Assembly: GCA_903925445.1 (NCBI GenBank)
Contig: CAIYFE010000033.1
Span: 1-40,406, forward strand
DNA from: an uncultured Burkholderiales bacterium
GTDB taxonomy: Bacteria; Pseudomonadota; Gammaproteobacteria; Burkholderiales; Burkholderiaceae_C
Direction of reading: 5' to 3'
Length of the DNA stretch: 40,406 nt
In this document: positions 29,542-38,055 of the stretch, piece after piece
Layout: each line of letters begins with the position of its first letter
How positions within the stretch are numbered: the first letter of the stretch is position 1
Translations under genes and position numbers: made by a program
Notes under the pieces: generated by a model
What the model saw: only the letters and a program-made list of their open reading frames with translations
Told to the model about the DNA's origin: nothing
Database searches by the model: none

Positions 29542-30252
29542 TCAGTCTTGTTGTTTGGCAAACACGTAACCCACGCCGCGCACCGTCAAGATGCGCTTGG
29601 GGGTTTTGACGTCGTCTTCGATGGCGGCACGGATGCGTCCCATGTGCACATCGATGGAGCGGTCAAAGGCTTCCAGCTCGCGTCCACGCACCGCCTCCAT
29701 GATTTGGTCGCGCGACAACACCCGCCCCGCGCGCTCGGCCAGCACCCAAAGCAAATCGAATTGGTAAGACGTGAGCTCGCACGCTTTGCCGTGAACCGAC
29801 ACGCTGCGGGCGTCGCGATCAATCGTCAAAGAACCAAACTTGAGCGGCTCGGCTTGCGTTCCTGACGCCTCAGCGCCGGGTTGATGGCGACGCAACACGG
29901 CGCGAATGCGTGCCAGCAATTCGCGCGGCTCAAAGGGTTTGGGCAAGTAGTCGTCGGCGCCAATTTCAAGCCCGACGATGCGATCCATCGGGTCGCCCTT
30001 GGCGGTGAGCATGAGCACCGGCGTTTGCGCCAAGGCACCCGGCAAGGCGCGAATGCGTCGGCAAACCTCCAGCCCGTCGATGTCGGGCAACATCAAATCA
30101 AGCAGCACCAAGGCGGGCGACAAGGTTTGCAGCATTTGCAGACCTTGAATGCCACCGCTGGCGTGGTGCACCGTAAAACTCGATTGGGTCAGGTATTCAC
30201 CAACCATCTGCGCCAAACGATGGTCGTCTTCAATGATGAGCAAAGTAGTCAT
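29542..30252 (-). CDS. OmpR/CpxR-family response regulator
   Basis: IEDD, LLDLMLP, MLTAKG, GADDYLPKPF and winged-helix DRSIDVH...TVRGVGY. Confidence 0.96.
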   Translation of the reverse strand: MTTLLIIEDDHRLAQMVGEYLTQSSFTVHHASGGIQGLQMLQTLSPALVLLDLMLPDIDGLEVCRRIRALPGALAQTPVLMLTAKGDPMDRIVGLEIGADDYLPKPFEPRELLARIRAVLRRHQPGAEASGTQAEPLKFGSLTIDRDARSVSVHGKACELTSYQFDLLWVLAERAGRVLSRDQIMEAVRGRELEAFDRSIDVHMGRIRAAIEDDVKTPKRILTVRGVGYVFAKQQD

Positions 30253-30272
30253 GGGCCAATGGTGCGGGGTTT

Positions 30273-30312
30273 GTAAAGAGAGCGCTTGTCTACAAAGTAA
30301 AGAGCAGGTAAA
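30273..30312. promoter_or_regulatory. GTAAA direct-repeat boxes, putative autoregulatory site of the response regulator
   Basis: GTAAA at 30273, 30297 and 30308; the last two are 11 bp apart. All lie in the 60-bp gap upstream of the regulator. Confidence 0.55.
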
Positions 30313-31656
30313 TCAAGCCCCTCGCTTGGGCGCAACCCGCGATGCAAGCGCCACCAACACCAAGACGGGCGCGCCCAACAAGGCCGTGCAGTTGAAAAAA
30401 GTCGCGTACCCGTGGGCATCGACAAACACGCCTGAAAACCCAGCCAACCATTTGGGCGCGAGCAGCATCATGGAGCTGAACAGCGCATATTGCGTCGCCG
30501 AGTAGTTGATGTTGGTCAAGCCCGACAAATAAGCCACAAAGGCCGCCGATGCAATGCCGCTGGCCAAGTTGTCAGCGGAGATGACCCAAACCAACGCCGT
30601 CAAATCGTGGCCGCGCGTGGCCAGCCAGGAAAACAGCAAATTGGTCAACGAACTCAACACCGCGCCCAGCATCAAGATGCGCATCACGCCAAGTCGCATG
30701 GACAGCACTCCGCCAATGAAGGCGCCCAACAGCGTCATCACCACGCCAAAAATTTTGGTCACCGCCGCTACTTCGTCCTTGGTGTAGCCCATGTCCACGT
30801 AAAACGGATTGGCCATGATGCCCATGACCACATCGCTGATGCGATACACAGCAATCAGCGCCAAGATCAAAGCCGCTTGCCAGCGGTAGCGTGTGATGAA
30901 TTCTGCAAAGGGCGCCACCAAGGTGTCGCGCAACCATTCACGCGCGTTGCGTGGCTGGGGCAAAGCCACAGGCGCGGGTTCGCGTGAGGCCAACACCGTC
31001 ACAACGCCCACACACATCGAAGCCGCCATCACCAAGTAGGCGCTTTGCCATGCCGCATGCACATAGGTGGCATCGCTTTGCGCCACCCGGGCTGCAATCC
31101 ACAGCACGCCCGCGCCAGACCAAATCATGGCCAATCGGTAGCCGGTTTGGTAGCTGGCGGCCAAGGCGGCTTGGCGGTCGTTGCTGACCGATTCGATGCG
31201 AAACGCATCCAGCGCAATGTCTTGGGTCGCCGACGAAAAAGCCACGGCCAGCGCGCACCACACGACCGGCTCCAAAGCTTGTTGCGGATCCAGCACAGCC
31301 ATGCCAACCAAGCCCGCCATGACCCCGCATTGCGCCAGCAGCAACCAACTGCGACGTCGACCCAAGCAGCGCGTGAGCCAAGGCAAGGGCAAGCGGTCAA
31401 CCAAAGGCGACCACACCCATTTGAAGCCATAGGCCAAGCCCACCCAACTTAAAAACCCAATCGTGGCGCGGTCAATGCCGGCCTCGCGCAGGCGAAAACT
31501 CAAAGTGCCCAACACCAACAACAAAGGCAAGCCCGCCGAAAACCCCAAACACAACATGCGCAAAGAAGCGGCTTCACCATACACATGCAATGCGGCCCAC
31601 CAGCTTTGGGGTGCGCTGCCTTCTGGGCGGGCGGTGGGACTTGTTGTATCGTTCAT
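30313..31656 (-). CDS. ampG: AmpG-family muropeptide MFS permease
   Basis: LGFSAGLP, KWVWSPLVD, LGRRRSWLL, SATQDIALDAFRIE, YSATQYALFSS. Confidence 0.92.
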   Translation of the reverse strand: MNDTTSPTARPEGSAPQSWWAALHVYGEAASLRMLCLGFSAGLPLLLVLGTLSFRLREAGIDRATIGFLSWVGLAYGFKWVWSPLVDRLPLPWLTRCLGRRRSWLLLAQCGVMAGLVGMAVLDPQQALEPVVWCALAVAFSSATQDIALDAFRIESVSNDRQAALAASYQTGYRLAMIWSGAGVLWIAARVAQSDATYVHAAWQSAYLVMAASMCVGVVTVLASREPAPVALPQPRNAREWLRDTLVAPFAEFITRYRWQAALILALIAVYRISDVVMGIMANPFYVDMGYTKDEVAAVTKIFGVVMTLLGAFIGGVLSMRLGVMRILMLGAVLSSLTNLLFSWLATRGHDLTALVWVISADNLASGIASAAFVAYLSGLTNINYSATQYALFSSMMLLAPKWLAGFSGVFVDAHGYATFFNCTALLGAPVLVLVALASRVAPKRGA

Positions 31657-31692
31657 GCTGCTATTTTCGGGGCAAGTGGCTAGGGAGCTTAA

Positions 31693-32517
31693 ATGAAACG
31701 CGTTCTATTGATTCTGACGACTTGGGTCTTGTGGGCGACCTCCCCCGCGTTGTCCGCTCGCGAGGGCGTGGAGGTGGGACAGGAATCGGCCTTTGCCAAA
31801 CTCGTGCCCGCCGAGCAAGTGGAGCAATCGGCGCAGCAGCAATACGCGCAAATGCTCAAAGAAGCGGCCAGCAAAAATGCCTTGGGCTCGGATGAGCATC
31901 CGCAAGTCATTCGGTTGCGCCGCATTGCCAATCAGTTGATTCCGCAAAGCTACGACTGGAATCCGCGCGCGCGTGAATGGAAGTGGGAAGTCAACCTGTT
32001 GGGCTCCAACCAAATCAACGCGTTTTGCATGCCTGGGGGCAAGATCGCGTTTTACAGCGCCATCTTGAAGCAACTTGAATTGAGCGATGACGAAGTGGCC
32101 ATGGTCATGGGCCACGAAATTGCGCACGCCTTGCGCGAACACGCTCGCGAGCGCATGGGCAAAGCCACAGCGACCAATGGCATTGCAACCCTTGGCAGCA
32201 CCGTGGCGTCGGTGTTTTTTGGCATCAACCCGAATTTGACGGATTTTGTCGCCAAGCAAGGCGCCAACTTGCTCACCCTCAAGTTCAGCCGAGACGACGA
32301 AACCGAAGCCGACTTGGTGGGCATGGAGTTGGCTGCGCGCGCCGGATTTGATCCGCGCGCGGGCATCACCTTGTGGCAAAAAATGAGTCAAGCCAACAAA
32401 GGCGCGCCACCGCAATGGCTGAGCACCCACCCTGCCAGCAGCACGCGAATTCAAGAAATTCAAGCCAATTTGCCCAAGGTCATGCCCTTGTATGAGCAAG
32501 CCGTGCGCAACCGCTGA
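31693..32517 (+). CDS. M48-family zinc metallopeptidase, exported
   Basis: Signal peptide, NAFCMPGGKI, HEIAH, FSRDDETEAD, STHP. Confidence 0.94.
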   Translation: MKRVLLILTTWVLWATSPALSAREGVEVGQESAFAKLVPAEQVEQSAQQQYAQMLKEAASKNALGSDEHPQVIRLRRIANQLIPQSYDWNPRAREWKWEVNLLGSNQINAFCMPGGKIAFYSAILKQLELSDDEVAMVMGHEIAHALREHARERMGKATATNGIATLGSTVASVFFGINPNLTDFVAKQGANLLTLKFSRDDETEADLVGMELAARAGFDPRAGITLWQKMSQANKGAPPQWLSTHPASSTRIQEIQANLPKVMPLYEQAVRNR

Positions 32518-33156
32518 TCAGGTGCCACCCACATAAGGGTTGCTGACGCGTTCGCGGCCAAACGTGCTTTCTGGACCGTGGCCGGGAATGAACACCGTGT
32601 CGTCGCCCATCGGCCACAAACGTTGCGTGATGCTGGCAATCAAGTCGTCGTAATTGCCTTGTGGAAAGTCGGTGCGCCCAATGCTGCCCGCAAACAAGAC
32701 ATCGCCCACAAAGGCGCGTTTGATTTCGGGCGAATAAAACACCACATGGCCTGGCGTGTGGCCGGGGCAATGGCGCACTTGCAGTGTGTGCTCGCCCAAC
32801 GTCACCGTGTCGCCGTCGTGCAACCAGCGCGTGGGGTGAAAGACTTTGGCAGGTGCAAATCCGTAATTGATGGCGGCTTGGGGCAAGTTGTCGATCCAAA
32901 ACTGATCGGCTTCGTGCGGGCCATAGATGGGCAAATCGAGTTGCTCGGCCAACTCGGCGGTCGCGCCAGCGTGGTCGATGTGGGCGTGGGTGATCCAGAT
33001 TTGCTCAAGTTGCACGCCCAGTTGCTTGACCGCAGCCAGCAACACATCCAAATCGCCACCGGGATCGATGACGGCGGCTTTCAGGGTTTTGTCACACCAC
33101 ACGAGCGAACAGTTTTGCTGAAAGGCGGTGACGGGAATGGTTTCGTAATGCAGCAT
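32518..33156 (-). CDS. Metallo-beta-lactamase-fold hydrolase (YcbL/GloC glyoxalase-II-like)
   Basis: PVTAFQQNC, THAHIDH, PGHTPGH, GDVLFAGSIGRTD, PGHG. Confidence 0.93.
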   Translation of the reverse strand: MLHYETIPVTAFQQNCSLVWCDKTLKAAVIDPGGDLDVLLAAVKQLGVQLEQIWITHAHIDHAGATAELAEQLDLPIYGPHEADQFWIDNLPQAAINYGFAPAKVFHPTRWLHDGDTVTLGEHTLQVRHCPGHTPGHVVFYSPEIKRAFVGDVLFAGSIGRTDFPQGNYDDLIASITQRLWPMGDDTVFIPGHGPESTFGRERVSNPYVGGT

Positions 33157-33166
33157 GGAAAGTCTT

Positions 33167-33673
33167 TCACCAATATTTAGGCCAGCGCGCTTCGCGACTC
33201 AAGTTGTTGTAAACCAAGGCCACCAACACAATCACCACGGCACCGATGAGGGTGGGAAACAACAAAAAGCTCCAGCTTGGGTTGCCCAAAAACACGATGA
33301 CAGGGTTGGAGCCCGCAGGCGGATGCACGGTGCGCGTGAGCATCATCACGGCAATGGCAGTGCCCACGGCGATCGCCACCGACCACCATTGCGGGCCAAA
33401 CCATTGCATGCAAACCAGCCCAATCAAAGAGCTCAGCACATGCCCCATCACCACATTGCGTGGCTGCGAAAACGGCGCATCGGGAAAACCAAACACCAAC
33501 ACGCACGAAGCCCCGAATGAGCCCAACACCAGAGCCAAGCTCAGCCCATTGGACAGGCACACCAACAAAGCAATCGTCACAAAACCACCCAACCACGCCA
33601 TGGCGGCGGCTTTTTTGCTGGGCGAGGGCGGCAGGGCTGCGCCATCGCCGCGCATTTTGGTCAACAGTTGCAT
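33167..33673 (-). CDS. HPP-family membrane protein
   Basis: GSFGAS.VL, PFSQPRNV, TRTVHPPAG. AAGGAG RBS. Confidence 0.93.
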   Translation of the reverse strand: MQLLTKMRGDGAALPPSPSKKAAAMAWLGGFVTIALLVCLSNGLSLALVLGSFGASCVLVFGFPDAPFSQPRNVVMGHVLSSLIGLVCMQWFGPQWWSVAIAVGTAIAVMMLTRTVHPPAGSNPVIVFLGNPSWSFLLFPTLIGAVVIVLVALVYNNLSREARWPKYW

Positions 33674-33748
33674 GGTTTCTCCTTGAGTCGAGCGCCAAAA
33701 ACGGCTGGCGCGTATGTTAGTGGCTGTCGTGCATGGGCTGTGTCGCGC

Positions 33749-35848
33749 CTAAAACGCGTGGGACACGCCCAAGTAGAGCGTGCGACGCGGCCCCCATTGC
33801 GGCGCACCCACGCCAATGCCGCTGCCATCGCGCAGTTGGTAAGCGCGATCCAGCACATTGAGTACGCTCAAGCGCACCGTGTTGTTGCCCAATGTGGATG
33901 TCTGAAATTTTTGACTCACCGAGGCATTGATTTGTGCATAAAAGGGCAGGTGATCGGTGTTGGCAAATCCATTGCGCAATCCCGTGCCAAACAACCAATC
34001 GCTGCTGTAGGTGGTGTTGCCCAAGCGATAACTCACACCGCCAGAGCCCGTCCATGCTTGATCGTGATCCAGATGAACCCAGTTGTTGGCGATGTAGTTG
34101 AGCTTGTCACTGCTGAAGTTGAATTGCCCGCTGGTGATGTTTTGTGCGTAAGTCACCGAACGTGCCAAATTGCCGTAAGCGCTGAAATTGTTGGCGTGGT
34201 AGTTGGCCGACCACTCCAAGCCACCAATGTGAGCTTGTGCATAGTTGAAAGCCGAGTAGATCAATGCGTTGCCAAACTGGCCTTCGTCTTGCAAGTTGTT
34301 GACTTGTCGGTAGTAGGCGTCCATGCCCAGACTCAGGTGCGGATTGACCAAATGCGACACGCCCACATCGACGTAGTTGGATCGTTCGGCCACAACCGCT
34401 GAATTGGCGGTGGAAGGCGTGGCATTGGTGGTGCCTTGGAACAAAGCAATCGAGGTGGTGTTGATTTTTTCTGATGCAGGCGGCGTGAAGTAGCGGGCAT
34501 AACCGGCATGAAATCGCGTGCTGTCGGTGGCGTCGTACACCACACCCAAACGCGGGCTGAGTTGGCCTTCAGAGGTGATGGTGTTGATGTGGTCGTAACG
34601 CGCGCCGTAATTGAGGGTGAGTTGTTGCGTCGCTTTGAATTCGTTTTGCAGATAAAGCCCCAGGGTGTAGCCACCCCAATTGTTGTTGTCTTGAATGGCG
34701 TTGGGCGTTGAGCTGGTTTGATTGCCGTTGGCATCAGCGGGAAAAACCAAGGCGTTGTTGTTGACCACCATGCGCTCGTGCTGCAAGAAAAAGCCTGAAC
34801 GCAAGGTGTTGCGTGCATCCAGTTTGTAGCCGGCATCGGCTTGCACACCGACGGCATCGCTTTGGCGGTGGATGGTGGCGGCTATGCCGTTGTAGATCAA
34901 ATCGCCCACCGCGTCGGGCTGGTAGTCCACGGCACTGATGCGATGAAACAACGAGACTTGAAAATCCAATGCGCCGTCGTTGCTGCGTTGGTAAGTCATG
35001 GTTTGAAACTGGTTGCGCTCTTGCTGGTTGGCGTTGAGCTTGGCCGAGTCGATGCTTGGGTTGGCAAGGTAGGTGTAGCCAGGCGTTAAGCCGGGCACAT
35101 TGGGAATTTGAAACTTGCCACTGGACGCACCAGCCATCCAACTCAGTCGGCTGCTGCTGTCGATCAGGTAAGACAAATAACCAAACCCCTTGCTTTGATC
35201 GGTGGTGTCATGCAAAGCCGCGCGGGCGCTGGTGGTGTTTTCAATGCCCAGCGGGTTGGTCAAGCCCGCGCCAGTGAAGAAATACGTCCAATCGCCCTTG
35301 ACGCCGGAGATGCTGCCGTTGAGTTCGCGGTGGCCGTTGCTGCCCAAGACGGTGCCCAACTCGGCGCCGTTTTCTAGCTCGTCTGCGCCTCGGGTTTGGA
35401 TGTCCACCACGCCAGCGGTTCGGTAGCCATATTGCGCAGGCAAAGCACCGGTGATGAAGTTGATGTTGTTGGCAAATCGCGTGTCAATGGCTGGACCAAA
35501 ACCAGAAATGGGTTCAGGAATCAACACGCCGTTGATGCGGTATTGCACATTGGCGTGATCGCCGCGCACATGCAGTTGGCCATAAGAATCTTGCACCACA
35601 CCAGGCGCTTGGAGCAGCACTTGGTTGATGGGCGTGCTTGCCCCCAAAGGCAAGGCCTCGATGTCTGAGGCGTTGAAGTTGTAGGTCGAGCTGCCCGTGT
35701 CGGGGGACAAGCCGTTGCGGGCGGCATCCAAGCGCTTGAGCTTGATGGTCACGGGGGCGAGCTCCACGGCGCTCTCTTCGGCGTGGCTGATGCTGCTGAC
35801 CAGCAAGCTGGTGGCCAGCGCAATGCGAGGCAATGGAAAACGAGGCAT
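33749..35848 (-). CDS. TonB-dependent outer-membrane receptor
   Basis: Signal peptide, plug motifs QAPGV, HVRG, YRINGV and PAQYG...GVVDI; barrel motifs LNYGARYD, SPRLG and NVLD; C-terminal F. ATG at 35848 with AAGGA Shine-Dalgarno. Confidence 0.94.
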   Translation of the reverse strand: MPRFPLPRIALATSLLVSSISHAEESAVELAPVTIKLKRLDAARNGLSPDTGSSTYNFNASDIEALPLGASTPINQVLLQAPGVVQDSYGQLHVRGDHANVQYRINGVLIPEPISGFGPAIDTRFANNINFITGALPAQYGYRTAGVVDIQTRGADELENGAELGTVLGSNGHRELNGSISGVKGDWTYFFTGAGLTNPLGIENTTSARAALHDTTDQSKGFGYLSYLIDSSSRLSWMAGASSGKFQIPNVPGLTPGYTYLANPSIDSAKLNANQQERNQFQTMTYQRSNDGALDFQVSLFHRISAVDYQPDAVGDLIYNGIAATIHRQSDAVGVQADAGYKLDARNTLRSGFFLQHERMVVNNNALVFPADANGNQTSSTPNAIQDNNNWGGYTLGLYLQNEFKATQQLTLNYGARYDHINTITSEGQLSPRLGVVYDATDSTRFHAGYARYFTPPASEKINTTSIALFQGTTNATPSTANSAVVAERSNYVDVGVSHLVNPHLSLGMDAYYRQVNNLQDEGQFGNALIYSAFNYAQAHIGGLEWSANYHANNFSAYGNLARSVTYAQNITSGQFNFSSDKLNYIANNWVHLDHDQAWTGSGGVSYRLGNTTYSSDWLFGTGLRNGFANTDHLPFYAQINASVSQKFQTSTLGNNTVRLSVLNVLDRAYQLRDGSGIGVGAPQWGPRRTLYLGVSHAF

Positions 35849-35854
35849 ACACAA

Positions 35855-35917
35855 TCCTTTGAAACTTGAAAAGATGCCTGCCCAAGTTGGCGGCAGCGCT
35901 CAAAATCTTTCAAAGAA
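35855..35917 (-). promoter_or_regulatory. Predicted RBS-sequestering mRNA hairpin between the leader ORF and the TBDR
   Basis: On the mRNA, UUCUUUGAAA (35917-35908) pairs with UUUCAAAGGA (35864-35855, containing SD AAGGA): 10 bp with one G-U. Inner stem CUGCC/GGCAG. Confidence 0.65.
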
Positions 35918-36269
35918 AAGCGGGTGGTCCTCGGGTGGAAGCTCGAAGTGCCTGGGTGTCGACCGCCAACACACGGGCGGCCAGCCAGTTGTGCCAAGGC
36001 AGCTGCGTGAGGTGCAGCGCAAACTCGCCCGAGGTCAAAGAAAACGCCAACTGCGCAAAGGCCAAGCAGCTGTGACACAACTCGCTGGCTTGATGCTCGC
36101 TGTGGCTGGCGCCACCGTTGGGTTCTGCTGATTTGGCTGAACTTGTGGCGCTGCTTGTCGTGTGGCTGAGGCTGTGCCCCAACTCGTGCAACAAGGCCGC
36201 CTGCTGAGACATCAGCAGGCCGACAGTCAACAGCAAAGAAAAAAAGCAGCGGCGCAACACAAACGCCAT
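35910..36269 (-). CDS. DUF2946/CruR-like exported leader protein with His-rich segment, CxxC and C-terminal RGPP arrest-like motif
   Basis: Basic plus hydrophobic N-terminus, QQAALLHELGH, CHSC, ends TRGPPAFL. Directly upstream of a TBDR. Alternative start is GTG at 36260. Confidence 0.8.
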   Translation of the reverse strand: MAFVLRRCFFSLLLTVGLLMSQQAALLHELGHSLSHTTSSATSSAKSAEPNGGASHSEHQASELCHSCLAFAQLAFSLTSGEFALHLTQLPWHNWLAARVLAVDTQALRASTRGPPAFL

Positions 36270-36270
36270 T

Positions 36271-37593
36271 TTATTCGGCCACCAATAACTGGCGAAGCGA
36301 TTGGCTTACGGTGAACAAAACATCGTCCCAATGCGCGGGCTGCGACTGCCTGAACAAACGCATGCTGGGATACCAAGGACTGTCGGTGCGCTCAAGCTTC
36401 CAACGCCAATCGGGGGCATGGGGCAGCAGCAGCCAAGTCGGGCGCATCAGGCTGGCGCTCAAGTGCGCCACGCTGGTGTCAACGCTGACGACCACGTCCA
36501 TGAGTTGGCACAGCGCGGCCGTGTCTTCAAAGCTGTGGATGTGCTCACCGACAAAGCGCCAGTTGGGTTGCTCTGAAATCAGCGCCCGTTGTTCGGCGGG
36601 CAATTGGTCGTGCAACAACACGATGTTCAAGTCGCTGGGCAGGTGCGCTGCCCATTGCTGCACGGCAATGCTGCGCAGGCGGTCTTTTTCGTTGTGCACA
36701 TTGCCTTGCATCACCAAGCCCACGCGCGGTTGGGTGCGTGCGCCCAGTCGGTTTTCCCATTGAGCCAGGCAGCTGGCGCTGGCTTGGAGGGCGAGGTGTT
36801 GATGTTGCGCCACGAAAGGCACATAGCGCTTCAAAGCCAGCGGCAAGGACATCAGCGGGCAATGAAAATCTGTTGCTGCAAACGATTCGCCTGCGGCGAT
36901 GACGTGAGCCAAGCCTTGAATTTTTTGAGCCAAAGGCTTGAGCGAAGCTGCCACCTCCAGCGTGACGCGCGCACCCGTTTCGATCAAGGGTTCGAGGTAG
37001 CGCAGAAATTGAAGCGTGTCGCCCAGACCCTGTTCGGCATGCACAAAAATGCTGGCGTTTTCCAAAGACGCTTCGCCCAGCCACAACGTGCTCGCCAACG
37101 GGCGTGGCGAAAAGCCTTGGGTTTGCCAGCGCGACTCGTACAGCGGCCAGCCTTGTTCAAACTTGCCTTGCAACAGCAGGCTGTGGGCTTTGTTCCAACG
37201 CACATCGGCCGAGTCGGGATCGCATGACAAGGCTTGGTCGTAGCAGTACACGGCTTCGTCCAAGCGGTTCAGCGCATGCAGTGTGTTGCCTTTGTTGCTC
37301 CACGCTTGCATGAATTGAGGCGCGATGCGCAACGCGTGGTCAAAGCACACAAGCGCCGACTCCAACTGACCCAAAGCGTGCAAAGTGGTCGCCCAGTTGA
37401 AGTAAGCCGTGGCGTACTCAGGCGCGAGCCGTGTGGCGTGCTCAAAATCGGCCAAAGCAAGCTCGGGCTGGTGCAACTGCAAATACACCGTGCCGCGCAT
37501 GTTGATCAACTCGGGGTGATCGGGTTGCATGCTGAGGGCGGTTTGCACCACCTCAAGAGAAGGCAGGAGCGATTGCAAATCCGATTCGATCAT
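36271..37593 (-). CDS. TPR-repeat protein fused to a GT9-like glycosyltransferase domain
   Basis: About 4 TPR repeats (AYFNWA..L, AWSNKGNTL), GWPLYESRW, AEQGLGDTLQFLRY, VVSVDTSVAHL, DWRW...SPWYPSMRLFRQ. Confidence 0.88.
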   Translation of the reverse strand: MIESDLQSLLPSLEVVQTALSMQPDHPELINMRGTVYLQLHQPELALADFEHATRLAPEYATAYFNWATTLHALGQLESALVCFDHALRIAPQFMQAWSNKGNTLHALNRLDEAVYCYDQALSCDPDSADVRWNKAHSLLLQGKFEQGWPLYESRWQTQGFSPRPLASTLWLGEASLENASIFVHAEQGLGDTLQFLRYLEPLIETGARVTLEVAASLKPLAQKIQGLAHVIAAGESFAATDFHCPLMSLPLALKRYVPFVAQHQHLALQASASCLAQWENRLGARTQPRVGLVMQGNVHNEKDRLRSIAVQQWAAHLPSDLNIVLLHDQLPAEQRALISEQPNWRFVGEHIHSFEDTAALCQLMDVVVSVDTSVAHLSASLMRPTWLLLPHAPDWRWKLERTDSPWYPSMRLFRQSQPAHWDDVLFTVSQSLRQLLVAE

Positions 37594-37760
37594 GGGTGTT
37601 TCTAATTTGAGCCGGCGACACGGCATTGTGGCCTTGTCTCAGATGAGGTGGGCAGCCGCGCTGACGGGCTTGCTTGCGCAGTAAGACCTTTGACTTCTTG
37701 AGTTTGCGCGGGCTTGGTCGACAATTGCTGTGGCTATTGAGTTCATCACAAGGAGTTCGC

Positions 37761-38033
37761 ATGAAAAAATCAATCCACTCAATCATTGCGACTTTGTTGT
37801 GCATTGTGACTTTCGCAGCTCATGCCGAATCACGCGTGACGTGTCCGCAAGGCTTGAAATGGAGTTCGGAGGGCTATTGCCAAGTCGAATTTGACAAGCT
37901 CAAAGACCCCAAATGCCCAGCGGGCAGCCACTTAGACCAACCCAGTGTGACGGGTCCCAAAATTTGTAAAGCGCAAGTTTCTTGTCCCGATGCGAGCAAG
38001 CCCAACAGCAAAGGGCTTTGCGGGAAAAAATAA
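37761..38033 (+). CDS. Secreted 6-cysteine miniprotein of unknown function
   Basis: AGGAG RBS at 37751-37755 and an MKK-hydrophobic-AHA signal peptide. The mature part has three CP...C units. Confidence 0.8.
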   Translation: MKKSIHSIIATLLCIVTFAAHAESRVTCPQGLKWSSEGYCQVEFDKLKDPKCPAGSHLDQPSVTGPKICKAQVSCPDASKPNSKGLCGKK

Positions 38034-38055
38034 GTTGTGATGCCCTGGCGCTGGG

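Noticed and set aside
35849-36270. Cobalamin or other riboswitch, or a Fur box, upstream of the TBDR
   Set aside because: I saw no B12-box or Fur-like palindrome. The space is filled by the leader ORF and a 61-nt spacer.
37594-38033. The 6-Cys miniprotein as the missing precursor of the DUF692 locus
   Set aside because: It is about 33 kb away, has no SigF promoter upstream (GTAAGA at 37681 lacks a spaced CGAA), is not DUF2282-like, and the enzyme appears to lack iron ligands.
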